Made by a program: the position numbers and the translations under genes. 64,000 bases of DNA from NCBI GenBank assembly GCA_050948905.1, contig JBMNES010000001.1:821448-885447 (forward strand), in the 5' to 3' direction. Below the pieces are notes generated by a model, which was given only the letters and a program-made list of their open reading frames with translations, did not search any database and was not told where the DNA came from. The stretch is from Armatimonadota bacterium (GTDB lineage Bacteria > Armatimonadota > UBA5829). Positions 16,638 through 25,800 of the stretch are shown piece by piece (position 1 is the first letter of the stretch; the number at the start of each line of letters is the position of its first letter).

Positions 16638-17897
16638 CTACTTCGCCACTACGTTCAACCCCTCTTGCACATCCCCAGTCGATTCATTGGTGATCTGTTT
16701 TTCACCTTTGAACCTGTTGCCGGATATGACAGCAGTGGTGACGTCCTTGCCAAGGTGGATGTCCTTGCGCTCCATCCAGAACCGGCAGTTGGAGATGTTT
16801 ATGTCCCCCGAAAGTGCATCGATCGTGTAAAGGTCAGGGTGTCCGCCCTGGTTCAGGAATGTGCACTGGCTGAAGCTGACGGTGCCTTTGCCGTCGATTT
16901 TGGCTATCTGAGACGCAGGGCCCCAGAATGAGCAGTTGCCTAACTGCACGACACCGTTATGTGTGGCCGAGACCTCCATAAAGATATCGGTTTTGTTGTT
17001 ACCGACGAACTCGCCATTTGTGATAAGCAGTCCGGGTGGCTGGCAGTGGTCGACCAGTATCGCCCTGCCGCACCAGTCGGCTCCGATTCCGAGGAAGTTG
17101 CCATTGACCGAGCCGTCCGCATCTGCGGTAAAGTGATAACCCGTCTTCGCTCCGAATACGAACGTATTATGGACATACTCCCAGTCGGTGCGCTTGAACT
17201 GGAACGCGATTAAATTCTCTCCTATGTAGTTGATAAGATCGTCCCACTTCGGTATGCCTTCGGAACCTGCTCTGCCCCAGTAGTGCGGGTTGAAGTGGAC
17301 GTTTTCGATGCGGCCGATGTCGGTGCATTTGTCGATATGCACCCCGATTTTCAGCGGGCAGCCGAAGCAGTTGCGAATATAGTGTAATTCGTTTTTATAC
17401 TGACCGAAGTCGATGGCTTTGTAGGGGTTTACAAAGGTGCAGTCGATGACGCTGCCGTGCATTCCCTGGCCCTGGATAGTCCACGGATAGGCCAATGTAC
17501 CCGGAATGCGCTGTTCGGGATAGAAGAAAGTGATGCCCTTAACCGCGCTTGATGGGTTCAGCATAATGCACGGAGGGCCGTTTTCGTCTCCCTTGTCTGC
17601 GTAGACGAGAAATACCGTGCCATTGGATAGCTGTGCGTGATGCGGCGCCTCCCAGACTCCGGCGAGGGTGACGCCCTCCGGCACGTTGAGCGGCTTATCT
17701 ATCCGGTATTTGCCCGCTTCGAGTTGCACCACTCCACCGTGATTGGCCCCTGCGTAGTCGAGGGCTTTCTGGATAGCGACGGAATCGTCGGCGACTCCGT
17801 CAGCTTTGGCTCCGTAATCCTTCACGTTGACTGCAGCGCTGGCGCTAATCGCAAATAGCGCGCAGGCGGCTGCGGTTATAATTGTGGTAAAGTTCAT
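16638..17897 (-). CDS. Secreted right-handed beta-helix protein, pectate lyase superfamily (Pectate_lyase_3 / GH28-55-like)
   Basis: GGAGG RBS; signal peptide MNFTTIITAAACALFAISASA; N-terminal VKDYGAKADGVADDSVAIQKALDYA motif typical of this family. Confidence 0.7.
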   Translation of the reverse strand: MNFTTIITAAACALFAISASAAVNVKDYGAKADGVADDSVAIQKALDYAGANHGGVVQLEAGKYRIDKPLNVPEGVTLAGVWEAPHHAQLSNGTVFLVYADKGDENGPPCIMLNPSSAVKGITFFYPEQRIPGTLAYPWTIQGQGMHGSVIDCTFVNPYKAIDFGQYKNELHYIRNCFGCPLKIGVHIDKCTDIGRIENVHFNPHYWGRAGSEGIPKWDDLINYIGENLIAFQFKRTDWEYVHNTFVFGAKTGYHFTADADGSVNGNFLGIGADWCGRAILVDHCQPPGLLITNGEFVGNNKTDIFMEVSATHNGVVQLGNCSFWGPASQIAKIDGKGTVSFSQCTFLNQGGHPDLYTIDALSGDINISNCRFWMERKDIHLGKDVTTAVISGNRFKGEKQITNESTGDVQEGLNVVAK

Positions 17898-18020
17898 AGC
17901 CTGTCCTCCAAGTAAACTCAGCAACAGTATAAGTGAGATAGCACCGGCTGGCAATAGGCCGGGCAGGGAACTCGCGGGTGGGTAGAACGTAATTAATGCA
18001 AAGACCGAACAGGTGATTAA

Positions 18021-18959
18021 ATGGATAAGCCAAACGAGGTTCGCATTTACGATGCGCAGACTGGAGAAGTGAAGACCTTGCCGAAGGTTGTTAAGACTGA
18101 GACGGAGTGGAAAGAGATACTGACTCCTGAGCAGTTTAGAATCACCCGGCTAAGAGGCACTGAGCCGCCGGGCTCCGGCAAATGCGATGTTCCCTCTCGG
18201 CAGCAGCTCGGTATATATCAATGCGTCTGCTGCGGCACGGATTTGTTTAAACACGAGCACAAATACGAGTCCGGCAGCGGCTGGCCGAGCTTCTGGGAGC
18301 CGGTGTCTGATCTGAACCTGATTTTAGAGGTGGATGAATCTTTTGGGATGTATCGCACCGAGGTTATGTGCGCCCGCTGCGATGCTCACCTTGGTCACGT
18401 TTTCGACGACGGCCCTCCGCCCACGGGCAAGCGTTATTGCATAAACGCTGCCTCGTTGCGTCTATCGCAGGACGAGGCTGTTAATCGCGAAACAGCGATC
18501 TTTGCGGCGGGTTGTTTTTGGGGAGTAGAGTCGGCGTTCAGAGAGTTGATCGGCAAAGGGGTCATCTCAACCAGGGTCGGCTATACCGGCGGCCACACCG
18601 ATCATCCCACATATCAGTCCGTCTGCGCCGGTGGGACAGCTCACGCTGAGGCGGTTGAGGTGGTCTTTGATCCCAATAAGATAACCTACCAGCAGCTTTT
18701 GGATCTGTTCTGGAGCATTCACGACCCAACTACTCTCAACAGGCAGGGGTTGGATATAGGGGATCAGTACCGCTCAGCAATATTTTATACCTCGGCTGAG
18801 CAGAAAGAGGCAGCCGAAAAATCTAAGGAACAGCTTGCACAATCTGGAAAATTGCCCAGGCAGATTGTGACTGAGATAACCGAGGCGACGGAGTTCTGGG
18901 AGGCCGAGGAATATCATCAGCAATATAAAGATAAACGGGGCTATGGGGGCGCCAGATAA
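18021..18959 (+). CDS. msrAB: Bifunctional peptide-methionine sulfoxide reductase, MsrB-MsrA fusion
   Basis: MsrB CxxC..CxxC zinc motifs with GWPSF; MsrA GCFWG motif in the C-terminal half. Confidence 0.85.
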   Translation: MDKPNEVRIYDAQTGEVKTLPKVVKTETEWKEILTPEQFRITRLRGTEPPGSGKCDVPSRQQLGIYQCVCCGTDLFKHEHKYESGSGWPSFWEPVSDLNLILEVDESFGMYRTEVMCARCDAHLGHVFDDGPPPTGKRYCINAASLRLSQDEAVNRETAIFAAGCFWGVESAFRELIGKGVISTRVGYTGGHTDHPTYQSVCAGGTAHAEAVEVVFDPNKITYQQLLDLFWSIHDPTTLNRQGLDIGDQYRSAIFYTSAEQKEAAEKSKEQLAQSGKLPRQIVTEITEATEFWEAEEYHQQYKDKRGYGGAR

Positions 18960-18961
18960 CG

Positions 18962-19175
18962 GGGAAGGGAAAACGCGAAAGAGCGAAAGGAGCGAAAGTT
19001 AGAAATTTAGATATGCTTTCGTATTTTGGGTGACCTAAGAAGGCTTGATCGGACTTCGAACATCAGACCTCGGACCTCGAAAAAAGCAGATTTCTCGCTT
19101 CGCTCGAAATGACAGGGGGTGGGCACTGGTTATGAGGCGGCGATTCGGAGATCGCCGCCTATCTTATTTAACATA
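18962..19175. repeat. REP/MITE-like repeat cluster (site 3): ~130-nt unit ~80% identical to 11850-11990, plus the GGCGGCGATTCGGAGATCGCCGCC palindrome
   Basis: Direct comparison with site 1. Confidence 0.8.
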
Positions 19176-19194
19176 ACCGACAACACAATACTGG

Positions 19195-20181
19195 TTATCC
19201 TCTTCGTCTCAAAACAGCCGAGCCTGCAAGCGCTATCAGCGAGCATAATCCGGCTATTGATGACGGCTCGGGTACCTGTTCCAGCTTAACAATGTAGTTG
19301 TAATTGTTCGCATAGCCATCGGTATAGTAATTGACTCCTGCGTAGATGCCACCTGTCTCGGCGTCTATGCGCAGGAAGGTGATCGCGGGGGATTCAACAT
19401 CCTCGCGGCTCAAAGTGGCCAGGGTCTCAATCGAAACTCCGTCCCAGCGCTGCAGCTTAGCCTGGCCGCCGGAGTTATCGCTGAACAGCAGCCTTCCCAG
19501 ACTATCAAATGCCAAACCTGCTGCTCCGTTGACCGCGATAGCTGCATCAGCGTCAGCGATTCCCAGCACATCGCCTTCAATCGCGCCCTGAACTTTGGCT
19601 GAACTCCACATATAAATATTCGTCGCAAATGGGTAGTTGCTCGGGCAATAATATAGATTTCCAGCAGCATCAAGCGCGACAGGACCAGAGTAACCCGCTG
19701 CGGTTGCCACCGGCGTTGTGTTATTGCTGGCATCCAGAGCATAGACCGTGTTGCCAGCGACTACAAATGCATTGTTGCCGTAGAAGTCGATGTCGTAGTT
19801 CCAGTCGAGTCGAGTTACGTCGTTGACGACGGCGGTAACAGGGTCGAATGTGCGGACCATACTGCTGGTATAATCGTTGTCTGCGAAATAGACCAGCCCA
19901 TTGTTATATTTCACAAACGATCCGAAGACCGAGGCCGAATAAGTGTAAAGAGTCTGCACATCGGCGCCGGATTGGGTGATCTCGCGCACGCTGTGGCCGT
20001 CATTTATCACGTAATTTCCATTGGGAAGCACATCAAAGCCACCCAAAAATGCCCCAGCAGGCAGAGAGAGAAACAGGTCGGTGCAGTTATAGGTGGCAGA
20101 GTCCAGCAACCCCGCTCCCCAACTCGCCGTCGCAGATAGAATAATTGCTGCGATGATAATCAGTTTCGTAGTTTTTTTCAT
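19195..20181 (-). CDS. PEP-CTERM sorting-domain protein with repeated beta-propeller-like blades (GNLYY / GRLLFSD / GLVYFAD)
   Basis: C-terminal VPEPSSIAGLCSLIALAGSAVLRRRG; N-terminal signal peptide. Confidence 0.8.
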   Translation of the reverse strand: MKKTTKLIIIAAIILSATASWGAGLLDSATYNCTDLFLSLPAGAFLGGFDVLPNGNYVINDGHSVREITQSGADVQTLYTYSASVFGSFVKYNNGLVYFADNDYTSSMVRTFDPVTAVVNDVTRLDWNYDIDFYGNNAFVVAGNTVYALDASNNTTPVATAAGYSGPVALDAAGNLYYCPSNYPFATNIYMWSSAKVQGAIEGDVLGIADADAAIAVNGAAGLAFDSLGRLLFSDNSGGQAKLQRWDGVSIETLATLSREDVESPAITFLRIDAETGGIYAGVNYYTDGYANNYNYIVKLEQVPEPSSIAGLCSLIALAGSAVLRRRG

Positions 20182-20203
20182 TTCTTGTCCTCCTTAATTG
20201 AAC

Positions 20204-21664
20204 TTAGTTTGTTTTGATGTCGTTTTGAGGGTCAATCACCCTGACGACAACTGAACCGTCGTCATCGCGGTCGCATATCACGGTAGCCGATAGATATGGC
20301 GCGCCGCTTACCGAATATGGGCCGCTCCAAACCAGTTTTGCGCTTGCAGAACCGTCGTTGATCTCGCAATAGCCGGGGCCTTTGGAGCATACCCTGCCCC
20401 AAACCCGCACCCTCATTCCGTAGGCGAGGTCGCTGGACAGGGTTTTGAGGTTCATTCCGACAGGCTCAATTTGCGCAGCGCCCGGTTCGGTGCAGGTCCA
20501 CATCGGGTCCGGAAATGTGAATCTGCCGGATGTTTTGGAGAGGTGACCAGTGATGGTCATTTTGTCGCCGACTGCCACTATTTTGCTGTCGACTGCGATG
20601 CTGGTGTCGTAGATGACTTTCATAGCGGCCGATCTGTTCGGGGCTTCGATGAAAAACGAATCCGGCAGGACAGCGGTTACGATAGCCTCTGTAATCAAAG
20701 CATATTCGCCATCTGGCAGTTTCTTTACTTCGCCGATGGAAAGCGCGGGACGACACGCCGCCACTGCGTCGATTTCGGCTGATATTTCGCCTAATCCGGG
20801 GAAATAGTCGCCGCTGACCGCATCCGTCAGCCGCACATATTTGAACCAGCTTATATTTGCCTTGATCTCGTTGCCATAGGAATCAATAGCCGGGACGCCG
20901 GGTGCACTTTGCAGCACTGCGTCGGCTATATCGAACGCGTCACCTCCTCCGGAAACATAGTCGAAACGTTCTGTATTGAACCCGCTGGGCACGCTCGGGC
21001 GATCAGGCACGGTATATAGCTCCTCCGCGCTGCGTGTCACCCAACTGAACGGGTTTTTGCTGCCGGCAGTCGGCAGTTCGATGGTGGGCGTGCAATCTGC
21101 ATAGCCGTAAAGTTTTGTTGACGAAAACCCGGTATCCGAGGACGGCACATAGGGGTTGGAGCCGGGCGCAGGGATTAGATCATTGGGCAGGATATTCGGC
21201 CGAATCAGATACCACTGCTCTCCGTCCTGGCTGATCTCGACAAAGGCCGGCTCCTGCCATCTGAAGTTCGGGTCAGCATATAGCGGCAGGTTTTCCGTCA
21301 TACTCAGCCGAAAATACGCATTACCGAATACTATGAAATCCAGACCGTATGGGTTTCGAGGGTCGTCTATAACAGGTGTCGAGAAACCGACCGCCACCGA
21401 AGCCGTCGTGCCTGCAGCGTTACGGTCGCCGAGTGAGACGCAGTAGCCATTATCATAGCTGTGCGCAGGCTCGTAAACCTGCCCGCCAGTCGGGGCGCCC
21501 AGGCATCTGAACGGGTCGTTATACAGAGGGTTGTTCACAAACTGCCCAGTGCCCGGAATATACCAGCTCTGCTGAGTTATATCCGCAAACCAGGCTTTGG
21601 CATTCACGGAAGCCGCAGTTGCAAAAGTCAAACATAAGATTATCGCAAGAGTAATTCGTTTCAT
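20204..21664 (-). CDS. Secreted hypothetical protein (~487 aa from MKRITL), no recognisable family
   Basis: Signal peptide MKRITLAIILCLTFATAASVNA; GAGG RBS; the ORF-track 5' extension runs into a repeat element and is probably not coding. Confidence 0.6.
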   Translation of the reverse strand: MKRITLAIILCLTFATAASVNAKAWFADITQQSWYIPGTGQFVNNPLYNDPFRCLGAPTGGQVYEPAHSYDNGYCVSLGDRNAAGTTASVAVGFSTPVIDDPRNPYGLDFIVFGNAYFRLSMTENLPLYADPNFRWQEPAFVEISQDGEQWYLIRPNILPNDLIPAPGSNPYVPSSDTGFSSTKLYGYADCTPTIELPTAGSKNPFSWVTRSAEELYTVPDRPSVPSGFNTERFDYVSGGGDAFDIADAVLQSAPGVPAIDSYGNEIKANISWFKYVRLTDAVSGDYFPGLGEISAEIDAVAACRPALSIGEVKKLPDGEYALITEAIVTAVLPDSFFIEAPNRSAAMKVIYDTSIAVDSKIVAVGDKMTITGHLSKTSGRFTFPDPMWTCTEPGAAQIEPVGMNLKTLSSDLAYGMRVRVWGRVCSKGPGYCEINDGSASAKLVWSGPYSVSGAPYLSATVICDRDDDGSVVVRVIDPQNDIKTN

Positions 21665-21667
21665 TTT

Positions 21668-21808
21668 CCAAACCTCAATATAGCTTCGCACCTCGAACTT
21701 CCGACCTCGAAAAAGCAGACTTCTCACTTCGTTCGAAGTGACATAGTTGTTGACTACGTTCACAATCGTAATTTCGAGATGGCGATCTCCGAATCGCCAC
21801 CCCAAAGC
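21668..21808. repeat. REP/MITE-like repeat (site 4) lying inside the riboswitch-controlled operon, between the DUF1559 gene and the secreted-protein gene
   Basis: TCACTTCG-TT-CGAAGTGA hairpin; GGTGGCGATTCGGAGATCGCCATC palindrome (minus-strand sense, includes G-U wobble). Confidence 0.75.
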
Positions 21809-21810
21809 CC

Positions 21811-22653
21811 CTATTTATTATCAAAAAGCGAGTTATCATCCCCGCCAAAATAGCCAATATTGTGCTTCTCATTGTTGCCGCCATAGAAGAAGTTCGGTGG
21901 CCTGGTGAAACTCATCTTTTCCGCGCTTACATGTCCATCACACCAGCCGACATTGGCCACCCCGTTGTGCCTGAAATGAATGCTCGGAGTGGTGGGGTAG
22001 GCTGTCCCATCCGGGGTTACGTGATACGGCGGTTCGGCGAATGAGTACTGCATCGGCCCGCCGTCGCTGGTAATCGCAGCGTCGGTGAACATTACCGTGC
22101 GGGCGGGATATGCGATGTCTCCCGTGCGAGAGGCTATTTTGTTAGATTCAGGCGGATAATTGCGATACGCCGTCCCGCCGACATAAGCCTGGTTATATCC
22201 AAACCCGCCGCAACCCGCCTCGAACGTGCCCTTTAATTGAACCGCGGTCGGGCAGATTTTCAAGCCACCGGATCTGCCGAAATACACCCACAGAGGGCCT
22301 TTATTCGCCTCGAATTCCGCGCCGACACGCGGCCTTACCCCGTGCCACCGATGCAGATTCGGCCCGGTGATATCTGATGCGGCTGGGACATAGGTTCCGG
22401 AGTAGTCGTCGGAATAGGCCAGGTTTGCGGCGAGAAGCTGTTTGAGCTGTGCGGCGCAACGGGTTTTTCTGGCGGATTCTTTAGCCACTCCGAACACAGG
22501 AAATAATATGGCGGCCAGAATCGCGATGATGGCGATGACCACCAGCAGTTCGATGAGTGTGAATCCGCTGTACAAACAGAAACGGGCCTCTCGCCCATTT
22601 CGGATATTTTTCAGGACGGAAGCCCGGTTTATTCGGGGTGTTGCGTCCGACAT
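21811..22653 (-). CDS. Prepilin-type N-terminal cleavage/methylation domain protein of the DUF1559 / H-X9-DG family (type II pseudopilin-like)
   Basis: G^[24 protein letters not shown] class III signal; C-terminal [13 protein letters not shown] (H-X9-DG); GGAGG RBS. Confidence 0.85.
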   Translation of the reverse strand: MSDATPRINRASVLKNIRNGREARFCLYSGFTLIELLVVIAIIAILAAILFPVFGVAKESARKTRCAAQLKQLLAANLAYSDDYSGTYVPAASDITGPNLHRWHGVRPRVGAEFEANKGPLWVYFGRSGGLKICPTAVQLKGTFEAGCGGFGYNQAYVGGTAYRNYPPESNKIASRTGDIAYPARTVMFTDAAITSDGGPMQYSFAEPPYHVTPDGTAYPTTPSIHFRHNGVANVGWCDGHVSAEKMSFTRPPNFFYGGNNEKHNIGYFGGDDNSLFDNK

Positions 22654-22659
22654 CTTTGC

Positions 22660-22844
22660 CTCCGAAGATGCTGCGCTAATGATGCGAAAGGGCAGGTCTT
22701 CTGGCTTCCGGATCGCTCTAGCCGGCTACCTTCCCAGTCCTTTTAGACCAGTGGATAACGCCGGTTCGTCCCCGGTTACAGCGGCGGGCCCGCGACGGTT
22801 TTTCACCGTCTTCCCTTAACCCAAATCGCCAAATATTCAGTTGC
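22660..22844 (-). ncRNA. Cobalamin (AdoCbl) riboswitch in the 5' leader of the DUF1559-secreted protein-PEP-CTERM operon
   Basis: Minus-strand RNA carries the cobalamin riboswitch core elements: GGGAAG; GGUGAAAAACCGUC hairpin; GCGGGCCCGCCGCUGUAA; CCACUG..GGGAAGG; B12 box AGCCAGAAGACCUGCC. A CAUCUU[CGGAGGC]AAGAUG hairpin sequesters the SD and AUG. Confidence 0.85.
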
Positions 22845-22850
22845 TACAGG

Positions 22851-22879
22851 AGTATAACAAGGAAGCGGAGTCAAGTCAA
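22851..22879 (-). promoter_or_regulatory. Sigma70-like promoter for the riboswitch transcript (minus strand): TTGACT-N17-TATACT
   Basis: -35 at 22874-22879 and -10 at 22851-22856 on the minus strand with 17-nt spacer; riboswitch begins ~7 nt downstream. Confidence 0.6.
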
Positions 22880-22934
22880 TGGCATTTTGTCGATTCAACC
22901 GAGTCTATTTTACTGCTCAATTCGATGAATCGCG
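22879..22934. repeat. ~55-nt conserved element, copy A (ATGGCATTTTGTCGATTCAAcCGAGTcTAtTTTACTGCTCAATTCGAtGAATCGCG). It has two dyad-symmetric boxes, abuts the -35 of the riboswitch promoter and overlaps the last codons of the DUF3343 gene
   Basis: 52/56 identical to 25745-25800; it is read in different frames in the two copies, so it is conserved at the nucleotide level and does not encode a conserved peptide. Confidence 0.75.
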
Positions 22935-23137
22935 GCAGTCTCTACGCCCACAGTCTGCAACAACTGTGCTACTTCAGGCTCCCGGTTCCAATCGAAGCGC
23001 AGCGAAATGCCGCAGTCGCTGGAAAACTGGCGCGGCACTGGAACCAATGCGCAGTCGATTTCAGCCTCGTTTAAGACCTTTTCAGCGGCGAATGCGGCCG
23101 ATGTGGTATGAAACAGCACTACCCCAAAATTATCCAT
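22910..23137 (-). CDS. DUF3343 (putative Se/S carrier protein-like) small protein
   Basis: 75 aa; VVLFHTTSAAFAAEKVL..ALVPVPRQFSSDCGISLRF matches the DUF3343 pattern. Confidence 0.7.
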   Translation of the reverse strand: MDNFGVVLFHTTSAAFAAEKVLNEAEIDCALVPVPRQFSSDCGISLRFDWNREPEVAQLLQTVGVETAAIHRIEQ

Positions 23138-24281
23138 CAGCAGCTATCTCACTTACTGCGTCTATGGCACGAGTTACATCTTCTTCGGATGTAAAAGGCC
23201 CGACTCCGAACCTAACCACGCCTTCCGGAAACGTGCCGATGATTTTATGTGCGGCAGGGGCGCAGTGCAGGCCAACCCGACAGAGTATGCCATAATCGTC
23301 GTCGAGTCGTTGCCCCACCTCAGAGACATATTTGCCCTTTATCCGAAACGATACAAGCGGGACTCGATCGGAGGCCTCTACCGGCCCGAACACCTCGACT
23401 CCCGGTATGCTTATTAAACCATCAATTAGGTATTTTATGAGCCGGGTTTGGTGTTGATGCAGCGAATCGCACTCCGGAGAACATATCCATCGAATCGCCG
23501 CTCCCAGCCCCGCTATTCCGACTCCATTTGGCGTCCCGGCCTCAAGCCTGTCAGGTAAAACCTCAGGGTGTGTTTCCGATTGGGACCTGCTGCCTGTCCC
23601 GCCCTGCATAAATGTGCTGATCTCACTTTCCGCCCGGTCGGTGCATATAACCAGCCCACCTGTGCCGGGTGGGCCTTGCAGTGATTTGTGGCCGGTGAAG
23701 GCTATGAAATCAGCGTATAAATCTGCCGCCCTGATCGGCACTACCCCGGCTGTCTGCGCCGCATCCAATAGGGTCATCGCTCCTGCGCAGTGCGCCATTT
23801 GAAATATATCTGATACCGGCATAATGCGTCCTATGACATTGCTGGCGTGGGTCATAACAACAAGGCGGACGTCATGTGACAGGAGTTGCCGAAATGCGTC
23901 AAGGTCGATTTGACCAGACGGATCGCACGGCGCAACCAGCACGCGCACTCCACGAGCTTCAGCGGTACGCAGGGGTCGCATCACGGAGTTGTGCTCAACA
24001 GAAGTCGTCAACACCGTATCCCCAGGCTTAAGGGTTGTATGAATCACCATATTCAGCGCCTGGGTCGCGTTATTGGTGAAGATTACCCTGTCTGTTTTGG
24101 TCGCTCCGAAGAAGTTCGCCAGCCCCTCCCTGGCTTCGTGAACAACCCGCCCTGCCGCTATCGAGAGTCTGTGCCCGGAGCGGCCGGGGTTTGCTCCGGT
24201 TGTCTCAAGAAAGTCCTTCATCGCCTCTACGACGACAGGCGGTTTGGGCCAGGATGTGGCGGGATGATCCAGATATATCAT
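23130..24281 (-). CDS. Class V aminotransferase-fold PLP enzyme, cysteine desulfurase / selenocysteine lyase-like
   Basis: N-terminal IYLDHPATSWPKPP..; FTNNATQALN; PLP-lysine region AFTGHKSLQGPPGTGGL; 4-bp overlaps with both flanking genes. Confidence 0.75.
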   Translation of the reverse strand: MIYLDHPATSWPKPPVVVEAMKDFLETTGANPGRSGHRLSIAAGRVVHEAREGLANFFGATKTDRVIFTNNATQALNMVIHTTLKPGDTVLTTSVEHNSVMRPLRTAEARGVRVLVAPCDPSGQIDLDAFRQLLSHDVRLVVMTHASNVIGRIMPVSDIFQMAHCAGAMTLLDAAQTAGVVPIRAADLYADFIAFTGHKSLQGPPGTGGLVICTDRAESEISTFMQGGTGSRSQSETHPEVLPDRLEAGTPNGVGIAGLGAAIRWICSPECDSLHQHQTRLIKYLIDGLISIPGVEVFGPVEASDRVPLVSFRIKGKYVSEVGQRLDDDYGILCRVGLHCAPAAHKIIGTFPEGVVRFGVGPFTSEEDVTRAIDAVSEIAADG

Positions 24282-24499
24282 TTAACAAGTTCCAACCGGA
24301 ACTCACCGTTGTCCAGTTGAGTTTGTCGAACGTTCCAATTCTCCATTTCGGCCGCCCTCTTGACGTTGTCTCGCGTTGTATTCGAGTCCACTAGAACATG
24401 AACAATCGTAGCGTCTTTTTGTTGCATAGCCTGCTTTGCGTGCAAAACCGGTTCGGGACAGGATAACCCTCTCACGTCGATTTCAATAGCTTCGTTCAT
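24278..24499 (-). CDS. TusA-like sulfurtransferase (YedF/SirA family)
   Basis: 73 aa; CPxP active-site motif GLSCPEPV. Confidence 0.8.
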   Translation of the reverse strand: MNEAIEIDVRGLSCPEPVLHAKQAMQQKDATIVHVLVDSNTTRDNVKRAAEMENWNVRQTQLDNGEFRLELVK

Positions 24500-24502
24500 A
24501 TA

Positions 24503-25642
24503 TCAGCCCCCCACGCTCCTCTTTTCTTTCATATAAATTCCGGTGACAATGCAAAAAACCAGTCCGATGACCACGGCGACCAATCCGTACGGACCGGGGC
24601 CTTTGGCGCTGCTGGCAAGGCTGAAATTGTGCGCGAACGCTGCACCTGTCAGCATCCCCAGCACAAATACTCCTGCGTCACCGTCGCCTTCGCCGCTCAA
24701 AAACACCTGCCGACCCGGACAGCCTCCGGCAAGGGTAAATGCAAGCCCCGCGAGCAACATACCGGCGAAGTTCATAAACCAATCCGTGTGCGCTATCGGC
24801 TGATTAACAAAACCAGCCTTGAACTGGCCTAATGCGATATTAGTGATGAACGCGGCGATAATCAGCGCGATCACCCCGGAAAGCAGGTGCCCATCTCGCA
24901 TCAGTGCGTAGTCGCGTATCGCCCCGACTGTGCAGAATCGAGACCGCTGCGCCATAAAGCCTATGATAAGACCGATGGCAAGAGTAATCAGAATAGGCGC
25001 GTGCATACTGCCAGGCCCTTCGGTCGAGAAAAATACCGGCCCTGTCGGCTGCCCGGCGGCATCACGACCTGCCAATGGAGCAAATATCAAAAGAACCAGC
25101 AGGCCGATTGCAAGCGCAGGCATTATATATCCCACAGGCCACGCAGCGCCTTTGTTTCTGCCAAGGCTGAAGCCGTTCTTCAGAAAGCTGATTCCGATCA
25201 AGACCCCAACCACCAGTCCGGCAATGCCCGGAATAGAGTTCAAATCGCCACCAGCCAGCCTCAGAAAAGCTCTCCACGGGCACCCCAGAAATACTAAAGC
25301 GCCGATCATCGCAAATGCCCCTAATAGGAAACGCATAATAGGAGAGGAACCGCTGCGCGACTTGAACTCGCGAAACATCAATGCCGCAACAAACGCGCCG
25401 AGCACAAAACCGATGATCTCCGGTCGAATATACTGCACGACACCCGCCCGATGCAGACCCAACGCCCCGGCTATGTCTCTGGTAAAGCAGGCAACGCAAA
25501 TGCCCATATTCCCCGGGTTTCCAAGACGTACTAGGATAGGCGCGAGTATTCCTACGCATATCCCTGTAACGGCCGGGCCATATTTAGAGGTGAGAAGATT
25601 CTTAACAGAAGATATGGCAACAGATCCTTTCTTGCCGGACAA
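24503..25642 (-). CDS. YeeE/YedE family inner-membrane transporter (thiosulfate/selenium uptake family). Start uncertain: the ORF-track ATG at 25864 runs through the conserved repeat and looks non-coding there, so a TTG near 25640 is proposed
   Basis: Multiple TM helices; paired Cys-containing motifs (GICVACFTRD, RSRFCTVGAIRD, LAGGCPGRQV) typical of YeeE/YedE. Confidence 0.7.
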   Translation of the reverse strand: MSGKKGSVAISSVKNLLTSKYGPAVTGICVGILAPILVRLGNPGNMGICVACFTRDIAGALGLHRAGVVQYIRPEIIGFVLGAFVAALMFREFKSRSGSSPIMRFLLGAFAMIGALVFLGCPWRAFLRLAGGDLNSIPGIAGLVVGVLIGISFLKNGFSLGRNKGAAWPVGYIMPALAIGLLVLLIFAPLAGRDAAGQPTGPVFFSTEGPGSMHAPILITLAIGLIIGFMAQRSRFCTVGAIRDYALMRDGHLLSGVIALIIAAFITNIALGQFKAGFVNQPIAHTDWFMNFAGMLLAGLAFTLAGGCPGRQVFLSGEGDGDAGVFVLGMLTGAAFAHNFSLASSAKGPGPYGLVAVVIGLVFCIVTGIYMKEKRSVGG

Positions 25643-25744
25643 GAGGTGGCATGTTCTTAACTGGTCATCAGGTGAAATTGTAACGATGCTGCACGCTTTG
25701 GTCAAGAAATCCTGCCGCTGTTGTATATATCCCTCTGCTATAAC

Positions 25745-25800
25745 ATGGCATTTTGTCGATTCAATCGAGTGTAATTTACTGCTCAATTCGACGAATCGCG
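25745..25800. repeat. ~55-nt conserved element, copy B, in the divergent region between yeeE and hrcA
   Basis: ATGGCATTTTGTCGATTCAATCGAGTGTAATTTACTGCTCAATTCGACGAATCGCG, with dyads TCGATTcAATCGA and ATTCGaCGAAT. Confidence 0.75.

Noticed and set aside
22879-23295. ORF 22879-23295(+), beginning MAFCRFNRV, whose first 9 codons recur at 25745
   Set aside because: The second copy hits a stop after codon 9, and the shared sequence is also read in two other frames by flanking genes. The conservation is in the DNA element and not in a peptide.
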